Positions 37,974 through 46,276 of a stretch of DNA of 64,000 bases are shown one piece after another. The notes under the pieces are model-generated. The model searched no databases. It was given only the letters and a program-made list of their open reading frames with translations, and was not told where the DNA came from. Position 1 is the stretch's first letter; each line of letters begins with the position of its first letter. The DNA comes from a virus. The stretch is taken from positions 10,294 to 74,293 of the IMG/VR virus record IMGVR_UViG_3300003322_000266, one strand, 5' to 3'. The position numbers and the translations under genes were made by a program.

Positions 37974-38654
37974 ATGTTCACCACACTGACTGCGGGCATC
38001 CAACCCTACCTCATTTGGATCAAGATCATCGCTGTGCTGGCGCTTGTTGCCGCCATCTTCGGCGCTGGTTATCACTTCGGGTCGACCTACACCGAGGCGA
38101 AGGACCAGAAGACCTTGTCGGCGCTTCAGAAGAAGTACGATGACGACAAGGCCATGTGGGAAGCCACAAAAGCAAGAATGGCGACCGACGCCATCCGTGC
38201 CATCGAAGATCGAGACAGGCAGAATGCGGCCGAGCTGGCCGACAAGCAGTCGAAGATCGAGACCCTCACCACCAAGTACCAATCTGCATTGAAGGAAGTT
38301 CAAGATGCGAAACAAGCTCTTCTCACTCGTGTCACTCATCCTGCTGCTGGGACTGATGACGGGCTGTGGGTCGATGTCGACTCCGACACCTGCGCCAGCA
38401 ATCCAGACGGTGACAGCCTCGTGTCCCAAGCAGCCCGAGGTGGACACTTCGCTCCAGTACAGCAGTGCCGACTTTCTGCAAGCACTGCAAGCCGACTTGT
38501 CGAAGAAGCCGCTCAAGCAAACCAAGTAGTCAAGAACTACAACCACGCGCTGGACGAGATCAAGGTCCTGACCACACCGTCGAAGTCGGAGACGATCTCG
38601 ACCGCGGTTGACAAGCAGGACGGCCAAGGTCCGCAACCGGAGGTCAAGCCATGA
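37974..38654 (+). CDS. Inner-membrane spanin (Rz-like)
   Basis: N-terminal TM, coiled coil, embedded lipoprotein gene, upstream of the endolysin. Confidence 0.8.
   Translation: MFTTLTAGIQPYLIWIKIIAVLALVAAIFGAGYHFGSTYTEAKDQKTLSALQKKYDDDKAMWEATKARMATDAIRAIEDRDRQNAAELADKQSKIETLTTKYQSALKEVQDAKQALLTRVTHPAAGTDDGLWVDVDSDTCASNPDGDSLVSQAARGGHFAPVQQCRLSASTASRLVEEAAQANQVVKNYNHALDEIKVLTTPSKSETISTAVDKQDGQGPQPEVKP
38305..38529 (+). CDS. Outer-membrane spanin lipoprotein (Rz1-like), embedded in +1 frame
   Basis: Signal MRNKLFSLVSLILLLGLMTG-C lipobox, Pro-rich mature part, nested in Rz. Confidence 0.8.
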   Translation: MRNKLFSLVSLILLLGLMTGCGSMSTPTPAPAIQTVTASCPKQPEVDTSLQYSSADFLQALQADLSKKPLKQTK

Positions 38655-38923
38655 GCGAAGTGCTAATGCGGCGAGAAGTCGCCTTCGATGTCCACGATGC
38701 TCGAGGCCTTACCACTCACGTGGTTTCATGTCCTGACGCGCCAACCCTCACGGCATCGGGTTGCGCCATCAAGGTTGCAGCGGGCATCAACTACATCTAC
38801 CAGCTCTACCTGGAAGAAGAAGGTACGACACCCGATCGTCAGATCGGAGACAGTCACGCAGTGGTCTTTCCAGAAGGACGACGACTGACCTTCTTCGCAG
38901 TCCCGCCAGCTCATGGCGGGTAA
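38651..38923 (+). CDS. Hypothetical protein in lysis cluster
   Basis: 90 aa, ATGA-coupled to Rz, no TM segment. Confidence 0.6.
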   Translation: MSEVLMRREVAFDVHDARGLTTHVVSCPDAPTLTASGCAIKVAAGINYIYQLYLEEEGTTPDRQIGDSHAVVFPEGRRLTFFAVPPAHGG

Positions 38924-38932
38924 GGAACTACG

Positions 38933-39607
38933 ATGAGAACGCAAGAGCAATGGATCAAGATTCTGACCGGCTGTGGCGTCGAGGCCTCGCATGCACAGCA
39001 GTGGGCGCCTATCTTCGTCCCACATCTCGACGACGAGACCTTCGACGGCGGAGACCTGGAGCTGACGCAGTTCCTGGCTCAGTGCCTACACGAGTCGAAC
39101 CTGCTGTCCGAGACCAGCGAGAACCTGAACTACAGGGCCGACAAGCTGCAAGCCGTCTTCGGATCGAAGCGCATCACTGCCGAGCAGGCACAAGCCTACG
39201 GTCGGATCGACGGCAAGCAGGCCGCGAACCAGGAACAGATCGCCAACATCGTGTACGGCGGACCCTGGGGTGTCACCAACCTAGGCAACACGCGGCCTGG
39301 TGACGGCTGGGCCTTCCGTGGTTCTGGTCTCATCGAGATCACGGGCGCTGCGAACTTCAAGCTCGCGACCAAGCGCACCGACATCGACTTCTACTCGAAT
39401 CCGGAGCTGATGAGGCAGGTCGGTTGGCCTGCACTCTACGCTTCGATCGAGTGGTGGAAAGAGCACGTGACGACGAAGATGCTCACCGATCCCGTTGCAC
39501 TCCGGCACTGCATCAACGGCGGAGAGCTCGGTCTGCAAGACTGCATCCAACTCGCCAACAAACTCACTTCCCTCATGGCGGCCGAACCGGATCACGCGGC
39601 CACCTAA
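38933..39607 (+). CDS. Endolysin, GH19 (chitinase-class lysozyme)
   Basis: FLAQCLHES, ENLNY, IANIVYG...LGN..PGDGWAFRGSGLIEITG..NF, INGG..GL. Confidence 0.9.
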   Translation: MRTQEQWIKILTGCGVEASHAQQWAPIFVPHLDDETFDGGDLELTQFLAQCLHESNLLSETSENLNYRADKLQAVFGSKRITAEQAQAYGRIDGKQAANQEQIANIVYGGPWGVTNLGNTRPGDGWAFRGSGLIEITGAANFKLATKRTDIDFYSNPELMRQVGWPALYASIEWWKEHVTTKMLTDPVALRHCINGGELGLQDCIQLANKLTSLMAAEPDHAAT

Positions 39608-39645
39608 TTTCATCTGCGACCTCTTCAACGCACTAGGAGATCATC

Positions 39646-40224
39646 TTGTCGAACCCGACCATCCTTTTCTACACGCCTGCCCAGGTCTACTACAACGGTG
39701 TCTCCGGCGGCGCCGTGGCCACGTCGATTCCCTGGGTCAACAACTTCCAGGATCGCCCGCAAGGCGCTTCGATCGTGGTCCTGAACACGCAGCTGGGCGT
39801 CGATGCCCCTGGTCTCTACGCCCACATGGTCGACGCCCTCAACGGCGGCAAGACCTGGAAGCTGCTGATGACCATGGCGCAACTGACGGCCGCCCTGGCC
39901 GTGGCCTCGACTTTCCAGGTCATCCTCAACGCGAACGCCACCGTGACCTTCGCGTCGCCGAACGTCGTGTACGCCAACGGCCAAGTCGTGTCCGGCGGCG
40001 CCACCACGACCTCGACGACCGTCGGCTACGTCGTGACCACGCCTCCGATGGTCCAAGGCGGTGTCTTCACGTTCTCGACCCTGCCCGCGGCCGCGACGGC
40101 TGGCGCCGGTGCTCGTTCGTTCATCACGGACTGCAACTCCACGACCTTCGGTGCTTCGGCGGCCGGCGGCGGCGCCAACAAGGTTCCCGTCTACTCGGAC
40201 GGCGCGGCCTGGAAGATCGGCTAA
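39646..40224 (+). CDS. Short virion fibre protein, third member of the shared N-domain family
   Basis: LFYTPAQV..NG..G....SIPWV...PGLY...TWKLLM...YANG; C-terminus STLPAAA...NKVPVYSDGAAWKIG. Confidence 0.7.
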   Translation: MSNPTILFYTPAQVYYNGVSGGAVATSIPWVNNFQDRPQGASIVVLNTQLGVDAPGLYAHMVDALNGGKTWKLLMTMAQLTAALAVASTFQVILNANATVTFASPNVVYANGQVVSGGATTTSTTVGYVVTTPPMVQGGVFTFSTLPAAATAGAGARSFITDCNSTTFGASAAGGGANKVPVYSDGAAWKIG

Positions 40225-40290
40225 AAGAGCCGGAAAACGAGGTCACTTTTCGTGCATGAGTCCTGACTCAGAAACGATAATTTAGACCTG

Positions 40291-40330
40291 AAAAAGGCCG
40301 CCCAGGAGTGCCCTGTGGCGGCCTTTTCTT
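40291..40330. terminator. Bidirectional terminator between convergent blocks
   Basis: AAAAAGGCCGCC-loop-GGCGGCCTTTTCTTT. Confidence 0.85.
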
Positions 40331-40338
40331 TGCCCTTT

Positions 40339-40575
40339 TCAGGAGCTGAACGACCCCGATTTGGCGTCTACAGGTCCTTTTGGTTTGTTCGCGATTAGCT
40401 TAGCATCGAGTGCAAGACCGTAGTAGGCCGTGAGGACCTTACCACACTTGCGACACGGCGCTTCAACCAGATAGTGCTCACCGGTCAAAAAGGTCTGTCG
40501 CTTGATGTCGTCAATGTAGACCTCATGACTGCATAGTCGCTGACGAAAGAAACGAAGCATAGGTTCAATGCTCAC
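40339..40575 (-). CDS. Small Cys-containing hypothetical protein
   Basis: CSH...PCRKCGK; GTGA/ATGA coupled. Confidence 0.6.
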   Translation of the reverse strand: MSIEPMLRFFRQRLCSHEVYIDDIKRQTFLTGEHYLVEAPCRKCGKVLTAYYGLALDAKLIANKPKGPVDAKSGSFSS

Positions 40576-41393
40576 TTGAACAGTCCTTTCGTCTTCGAGT
40601 TCGCGACGTTGCGGAACTCGTGGTACGCCTTCGTGAAGTCTGGGTCAGAACTCCACTTGACGTCGGGCACGGGTCCGAGGTCGATGTCGGACACGAGCTT
40701 CACGAGCTTGCGGTTCAGTCGCACTGCATCGACATTCTGCGTCAGCCACTTTCGGAACTTCGGATCAGCCTTGGCCCACATGCGGATCGAGTCGTGAGCA
40801 AGAAGTCCGGCCTTCACCTTGTCCTTGTTCATCAAGTTCGGCACATGGTCGATGTTGTCACCGATCAGCGTCTGGTAGTCCAGCCATTGATCAGGACTGA
40901 GACCGAACTTGGTGATCACGTCTTCGGCTCTGGTCTTCACCGGCTCTGGCTTGGCGCTCGAGTCGTAGAGGAACATGCCCGACCTCAGGTACTGATTGGC
41001 ATCCTTGTCCTTGGTACCGATCACGATGTCAGACTCGATGCTGGCCAGAGAGCACAGTATGTCGTCGGCCTCGTAGATCGACTTCTGGATCACGTGAAAG
41101 CCAGCGGACCCCAAATAGTCCTTGATGAACTGCAGGTGCGCGTAGACGTCAGCCGACCCGTCCTTGTCCTTCGTGCGGTTGCCCTTGTAGTCCGAGTACA
41201 GCTTGTATCTGAATATCTTCGAGCCGTCGAAGGCAACAGCCACGCGTTTGGCCTTGACCATGGCTGCATCCTTGCTCACCATGGCCAGGAACCTCGACGC
41301 CTGGCTCAGCTGCTCGTCCTTCGACTCGAAGACCTGCGTGTGGATCACACGATGCAGGTACCAGTTGCCGTCAGCAGCGAAGACGCGACTCAC
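40572..41393 (-). CDS. 5'-3' exonuclease / flap endonuclease (PolA N-terminal, T5 D15-like)
   Basis: True start GTG 41393: ADGNWYL, VAFDG, YSDYKGNR, YEADDIL, TKDKD, LIGDNIDHVP. Confidence 0.92.
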   Translation of the reverse strand: MSRVFAADGNWYLHRVIHTQVFESKDEQLSQASRFLAMVSKDAAMVKAKRVAVAFDGSKIFRYKLYSDYKGNRTKDKDGSADVYAHLQFIKDYLGSAGFHVIQKSIYEADDILCSLASIESDIVIGTKDKDANQYLRSGMFLYDSSAKPEPVKTRAEDVITKFGLSPDQWLDYQTLIGDNIDHVPNLMNKDKVKAGLLAHDSIRMWAKADPKFRKWLTQNVDAVRLNRKLVKLVSDIDLGPVPDVKWSSDPDFTKAYHEFRNVANSKTKGLFK

Positions 41394-42520
41394 TGCAGCA
41401 CCCGTTTGGTGAACAGGTTCTCGATCAGCCTTCCGTACTCTGGGGCCACGACCTTGGGATGCAGCTGCGACAGGAAGTTGTAGCTCGCCTTGCCGTACAT
41501 CTCTCGGGTCTCTAGGTCGTCGTGCTTTCGGAGCACGTTCCACAGCAGGTTCGCACCCTCGTGGATGTTGAAGTCCGGATAGTAGTAGCCGGCCTTCAGG
41601 AACTGACTGTTGTGCAGCAGCGGCCAGCCGCCGTACAAAGCCTCGTACCAGTTGTAGTTCAGGCCGTTCTCGAACGTGTGCGAGACCACGCAGTCGATGT
41701 CCTGGAATGCAGCCCAGGCAGGAACACGGGGTCGCAGCGTCGTCCGGTCCTTGATCGCCCAGCACTTGTCGAGCATCGACGTGAAGGTTGGATCGTCGCC
41801 GAGGTGATAGGCTGAGTAGAGGTGAAGCTCCGAGATCACGGGACCCTGCTCGGGTTCGAGTCGATTGCACCTCTCGGCGATCAACAACGGGATGTGCGGA
41901 GTCTTGACGACCGAGACAGAGGGCTCGAAGACACCGACCTTCTTCCGTGCACGACCCGCTACGTAGCACCAATCCGGCGGCGCTTGATCTCGAATGAAGG
42001 TCGGCTCCCAAACAACTGGAGCCAGTTCGATCGGACACCTGTAGGCAGCCGCGAAGTAGCTGAGATTTGTGTCCGCGATGTGAGCTTGAAGCCAGACTGC
42101 GTCGTAGGCACTGTTCGGAATGTCAGCACCGGAGACACTGACCTGTCCCGTCAACGTCTCCAGGTTGGTCATCATCTGGTTGCCCGGCATGTAGAGCACG
42201 ACCTTGCCGCCCTTGACGTGATGAGCCGCTGCAGCGCTCGGACTCAGCCGCGTGCAGACCTCGATGATGACGTCACAGTAGCCGGGACCTTCACCCGTCC
42301 ACTCGAGGTCCAGCTTCTTGGCCAGGGAGTAGGAGCCGAGCACTCGAGGCGCGACATTCGGGAGATTCTTGAGACTGCGATACAGGAACACCGCATTCTG
42401 GAACAGGCCGTTGCTCCACACTGCCTGCTCGTCGTTGGCATGAGTCGGGATCGTGATGCCGACACGGATCTTGCGGGTCGTTGGTCCCTGCTTCGGCACT
42501 GACTTGCTCTTCTTGCTCAC
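41390..42520 (-). CDS. DUF2827-family protein (GT-B glycosyltransferase-like), copy 1
   Basis: VWSNGLFQN, VGVFEPSVSVVKT, VSHTFENGLNYNWYEALYGGWPLLHNS...GYYYP; start GTG 42520 (GTGA overlap). Confidence 0.75.
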   Translation of the reverse strand: MSKKSKSVPKQGPTTRKIRVGITIPTHANDEQAVWSNGLFQNAVFLYRSLKNLPNVAPRVLGSYSLAKKLDLEWTGEGPGYCDVIIEVCTRLSPSAAAAHHVKGGKVVLYMPGNQMMTNLETLTGQVSVSGADIPNSAYDAVWLQAHIADTNLSYFAAAYRCPIELAPVVWEPTFIRDQAPPDWCYVAGRARKKVGVFEPSVSVVKTPHIPLLIAERCNRLEPEQGPVISELHLYSAYHLGDDPTFTSMLDKCWAIKDRTTLRPRVPAWAAFQDIDCVVSHTFENGLNYNWYEALYGGWPLLHNSQFLKAGYYYPDFNIHEGANLLWNVLRKHDDLETREMYGKASYNFLSQLHPKVVAPEYGRLIENLFTKRVLQ

Positions 42521-43629
42521 AGCAGCTCCTCGTAGAACTTGTAGTCTTGCAGCATCGGCAGCACCGACGCGAACTTCTGGCGCTCGGCCTTCGGATCGTG
42601 GCTCTCCATCGCCTTGAGGATCTGCAGACCACACGCACCCATGTCGTACCGGGGATAGTAGTAGCCCAGGCCTTCGAGTCGACGCGAGCAATGAACCAGA
42701 GGCCAGCCGCCGTACAGGGCCTCGAACCACAGGTAGGTCAGGCTGTTCTCGATGTCGTGCGTGACCAGCATGTCGACCTCGGACTTGAGCAGCCATGCAG
42801 CGGGCTGACGATCTCGGAGCTGGATCTCGGTCGGATTGTTGAGCCGACCGCGCGGCGATTTCGGATCGTAGAAGCCGAGCCTGTAGATCAGCTGCTGGAA
42901 GTGCTCGTTGCTCCTCAACTTCTCGGCATTGGTGCAGACGACACGCCCGACCTGATGCTCCTTCTGGTTCACCATCGCGTTGTAGACGCCGATGAGAGGG
43001 AACTCCGTGGTACGCGTCACCGTGTTGTTGGGCTCGAAGATGCCGATCGACCAGCCGGTGATTCCGGTCTCCGGATTCGGAGGCACGCCCTCGAATGCGA
43101 AAGGCGGATGGCCTTCCTTGACACCGGGCATGAACATCGGATACCAGACGAGTGGCACGATCTTGACCGGCCGCTCATACATGACTTCGACCCACGACTG
43201 ATAGGCCGGTGCGTAGATGGCAGGCATCCAAATCGCATCGTAGTCGTCAAAGACGTCATCGAAGGTCTCGGCGCCGGCCTTGTTGGGCCCGATCACGGCC
43301 TCCATGGTTGTGAACGCGAACTGGCCGCCGATGTAGCGCACGGTCGGAACCGAGCTGTACTGGATACGCTCGCCTCGACTGAGCCGACGACTGACCACGA
43401 TGATCAAGTCCAGCTCGGTGGCTCCAGACATGATGTCGGTCATGGGGACGCCGTAGGGACTCAAGTCCTGAGTTGGCGAAGGGCCATCGTGCCCGGTGAG
43501 CAGGATGGCCCTGTGTCCGTTGTCGGTGAAGAGCTTGTGGTAGAAGAAAGCGGCCTGACGCAGCCCGTTCGAGAGCAAGCCGAAGCCACCGTCCTCATCG
43601 ACAGTGCAAGTGATACCGATCTTCATCAT
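42517..43629 (-). CDS. DUF2827-family protein (GT-B glycosyltransferase-like), copy 2
   Basis: LLSNGLRQ, IGIFEPN.TVTRT, VTHDIENSLTYLWFEALYGGWPLVHCS...GYYYP. Confidence 0.75.
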   Translation of the reverse strand: MMKIGITCTVDEDGGFGLLSNGLRQAAFFYHKLFTDNGHRAILLTGHDGPSPTQDLSPYGVPMTDIMSGATELDLIIVVSRRLSRGERIQYSSVPTVRYIGGQFAFTTMEAVIGPNKAGAETFDDVFDDYDAIWMPAIYAPAYQSWVEVMYERPVKIVPLVWYPMFMPGVKEGHPPFAFEGVPPNPETGITGWSIGIFEPNNTVTRTTEFPLIGVYNAMVNQKEHQVGRVVCTNAEKLRSNEHFQQLIYRLGFYDPKSPRGRLNNPTEIQLRDRQPAAWLLKSEVDMLVTHDIENSLTYLWFEALYGGWPLVHCSRRLEGLGYYYPRYDMGACGLQILKAMESHDPKAERQKFASVLPMLQDYKFYEELL

Positions 43630-43662
43630 TTTGCTTCCTACGTGTGGTGATCGAATCTAGTT

Positions 43663-43980
43663 CTAGTGGAGGTTCGGGAAGATGTCTCCGCTCGGATCGA
43701 GAGGGAAGATCATCAACACCGGCGTGTGCATGAACTCGGGATTGTTGGTCTCGACGCCATCCACACCGTCGATGAATGCGGCCCGCATCGGCACCGCGGT
43801 CTTCATCGACTTGAGTTCGTTGTTGACCCGGAGCAGCAGGTCTGCACAGGAGGTGGCCTCAAATCGAAACTCGGCGCGGATGCGATCGAGTAGCTTTGAG
43901 AGGACGCGGCCTTCAGTGCAGACTGCCGCAGTGGGTGAGGCGGAGATGTGGAGCTCGAAGTCAGTAGGTTTGATCTTCAT
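43663..43980 (-). CDS. Hypothetical protein
   Basis: Likely start MKIKPTDF with AGGA SD. Confidence 0.55.
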   Translation of the reverse strand: MKIKPTDFELHISASPTAAVCTEGRVLSKLLDRIRAEFRFEATSCADLLLRVNNELKSMKTAVPMRAAFIDGVDGVETNNPEFMHTPVLMIFPLDPSGDIFPNLH

Positions 43981-44008
43981 GATCGTCCTGATGCCGCCTC
44001 TGTGGGCG

Positions 44009-44368
44009 CTAGGGAACGAGGTAGTCGATGGCGAGATTGACGACCGACGACCCCGCGTTGTGAAACGTGGTGGCGCTAGAGGTCTGCACATCGAGGACCA
44101 TGAGAGCCTGCATGGGGAGTGCGAGGCTATTTACAGTCACGGTCAGAGGACCGTCCGAGACTGCTACCATGGCCTTGATGTTCTCGCTGATCGTGAACGT
44201 GCCGCCTGGTTGAAGGACGGCGAACCTGTCGTTGACCGCCGTGCCGATCCAGAGTCCGACGTTGCGGCCGAGGCTGCGACGGATCTGGTTCATGCCCAGG
44301 AAGGTCTCGAGTTCGACGGTCAGGCTTGCTTGCGGCTGTACCGCGGGGTCTGGGAGAACGGGTTGCAT
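44009..44368 (-). CDS. Hypothetical beta-rich protein
   Basis: 119 aa, AAGGA SD. Confidence 0.6.
   Translation of the reverse strand: MQPVLPDPAVQPQASLTVELETFLGMNQIRRSLGRNVGLWIGTAVNDRFAVLQPGGTFTISENIKAMVAVSDGPLTVTVNSLALPMQALMVLDVQTSSATTFHNAGSSVVNLAIDYLVP
44128..44137 (-). promoter_or_regulatory. Putative phage promoter ACTGTAAATA (intragenic)
   Basis: Exact 10-mer; encoded by rare codons GTA AAT inside 44009..44368. Confidence 0.55.
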
Positions 44369-44378
44369 GCTGTGTCCT

Positions 44379-44624
44379 TCAGTATTGGCCAGGGCCGGAG
44401 ATCATGCGGCTGGTCTTGCGCTTGATCAGTTCTTCGCGTTCGTAGTCTTCCTTGCAATCGTCGTCGCAGTAGAGCCGCAACGGCTTGTCCCCTTCTGGCA
44501 AGATCCGTGCCTTGCAGTACAGGCATTGACCTCGCGCCACTTCCTCTTTGGGTCGACTCCGATGCAGCTTCAACTTCTCTTCGGTGAAGTCGTTGCTGCT
44601 CGTGATGTCTACGCTATCAGCCAT
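44379..44624 (-). CDS. TraR/DksA-like Zn-finger protein
   Basis: MADSVDITS (DxxD tip), CLYC...YCDDDC. Confidence 0.6.
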   Translation of the reverse strand: MADSVDITSSNDFTEEKLKLHRSRPKEEVARGQCLYCKARILPEGDKPLRLYCDDDCKEDYEREELIKRKTSRMISGPGQY

Positions 44625-44632
44625 GTGAGTCC

Positions 44633-45277
44633 TCAGGTGTTGTCGAGATCGAGACCGATGCTGAACGTCGCCATGACGACGTTGTCGCTTATGCGTCGGA
44701 TCTGAACCGAGAATACGACCGACACTGCCTTGTTGGAACCTGCGGTCGCATCGAACGCGCCCCATGAGGTGGAGCCGATCGCATTCGGACTGAACGAACC
44801 CGTGTTGATCAGTACGTTGATGTCGTTGACGTACAGGTAGTACGTCGTCGACCAGTCCGTGGCACCGCCATTCACAGAGTTCCAGGTCGAAGGACCCGAG
44901 TGCGTGTTGATGGTAGCGCCACCTCCACCGCCGTAGGTGATGGTACCGTCGGTGAGGATATTGACGTGACAGTTCGTTGTTCCGGTTGGGAAATTCGACT
45001 GCGCACTACTGCAGCTTGCGCCACCGATGGTGATGGTTGAGGATACCGAACTGGTTCCGTAGAAGTGTGAGGCTTCGAGGATGCCAGAGGTCGGGATCTG
45101 AATCGGGCCTGGGTCTGGGGTCGCAGGCGCCGTCTGGTACGAGCCCGTGCCTGCTTCCGTCAGGTTGTCCACGTGACCGCCACCCCGATACAGGCTGCTG
45201 AAGTTGAAGGGTGGACTGAGTCCGAACTCGGTCCCGATCTGCTGAAGAGTCAGCGTACCGGATGAAGGGAGAGTCAT
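44633..45277 (-). CDS. Tail-fibre-associated (distal tip/adhesin-type) protein
   Basis: N-terminus MTLPSSGTLTLQQIGTEFG...FSSLYRGG, typical of phage fibre-tip proteins; follows the S74-type fibre gene. Confidence 0.65.
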   Translation of the reverse strand: MTLPSSGTLTLQQIGTEFGLSPPFNFSSLYRGGGHVDNLTEAGTGSYQTAPATPDPGPIQIPTSGILEASHFYGTSSVSSTITIGGASCSSAQSNFPTGTTNCHVNILTDGTITYGGGGGATINTHSGPSTWNSVNGGATDWSTTYYLYVNDINVLINTGSFSPNAIGSTSWGAFDATAGSNKAVSVVFSVQIRRISDNVVMATFSIGLDLDNT

Positions 45278-45289
45278 GGTCGTCGCTCC

Positions 45290-46276
45290 TTAGGCCTCGA
45301 TACCCACCTTGGTCTCGAGCTCGTGCAGGCGTTGGACGATGCGCTGGATCGCCGGCGGGAGCAGCGCGCCCATCGTCTGGCCGTAGGAGACTGCGAGCTT
45401 GCCGGTCTTGGTATCGACCTGCACACCTTCGGGGAACAGGCCTTGAAGGCGCTGTGCCGAGATGCCCGGATGACGGATGCCCGGGAACTCTTCGAGCTCG
45501 TAGGTCAGGCCATCGAGGCCGAGCAGGACTTCCAGTGCTTGTTGGCCCTTGATGCGCTCCACGTTCTTCTTGTAGTTCATGTCGGACGTGATCGCCACGT
45601 TGGAACACGTGATGACGCCCGAGCCGCTGATGTCGGCCAGGTGAGTCGTACCGTCCGCAGCGTAGAACGTGTGAGTCGTACCTGCGTAGGTGGCACCGCT
45701 GGTCGTCGCCACACCCTTCGCGGAGTTGACGTTGAAGTTCGACGGGTTCCAGACCTGCGAGTTGACACCACCGTCGGTCGTACCCCAGAGCGCGGGCGGC
45801 TGGCCCGAGTTCATGGTGTAGACGAAGTTCGAAGTGCCGCCCCCACCTCCGCCGCCACCGCCGGTCACGATCTCGATGATGCCGCCGGCTTGACCCAGAC
45901 GCAGGTAGCACTGGAACGTGAAAGTCGAGGTCACGTTCGAGCCCAGCGAGCTGTACTTGTGTTCCAGCTGTGGAAGGGCCAGGAGCGCGAACAGGGCGCC
46001 GCCGTCTGTGTAGATGCCGACCTCGCCGAAGTCGAAGGGTCCGGCTGCAGGTGCCATCGTACACGTGACGATCAGAGAGCCGTCACTCGCGGTGCTGAAA
46101 CTCGTGATGTTGTCGGTGTACAGAGTCGAACCGTGCAGCCCCGTGTCAGTCTTGGTCGGCGTATAGCCGTAGGCCGAACCGACCTTGAAGGTTGTCAGTT
46201 TGACGGCGATACCCGAGTGAGCCGCATCGGTACTGTCGTCGAGGCCGACCTGGGTTACGATGAAGACGTCGGTCAT
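45290..46276 (-). CDS. Short tail fibre with DUF3751-like anchor and C-terminal peptidase S74 intramolecular chaperone
   Basis: FKVGSAYGYTP...FDFGEVGIY; TSDMNYKKNV...G.SAQ.L..LFPE.V...VSYG...AIQ.L...LE. Confidence 0.85.
   Translation of the reverse strand: MTDVFIVTQVGLDDSTDAAHSGIAVKLTTFKVGSAYGYTPTKTDTGLHGSTLYTDNITSFSTASDGSLIVTCTMAPAAGPFDFGEVGIYTDGGALFALLALPQLEHKYSSLGSNVTSTFTFQCYLRLGQAGGIIEIVTGGGGGGGGGTSNFVYTMNSGQPPALWGTTDGGVNSQVWNPSNFNVNSAKGVATTSGATYAGTTHTFYAADGTTHLADISGSGVITCSNVAITSDMNYKKNVERIKGQQALEVLLGLDGLTYELEEFPGIRHPGISAQRLQGLFPEGVQVDTKTGKLAVSYGQTMGALLPPAIQRIVQRLHELETKVGIEA

Noticed and set aside
38651-38923. Holin call for the ORF between Rz and the endolysin
   Set aside because: It has no transmembrane segment.
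40572-42796. Track ORFs 40572..42038 (488 aa) and 41390..42796 (468 aa) as full-length proteins
   Set aside because: Their upstream extensions overlap neighbouring real genes; GTGA-coupled starts at 41393 and 42520 fit the domain boundaries.
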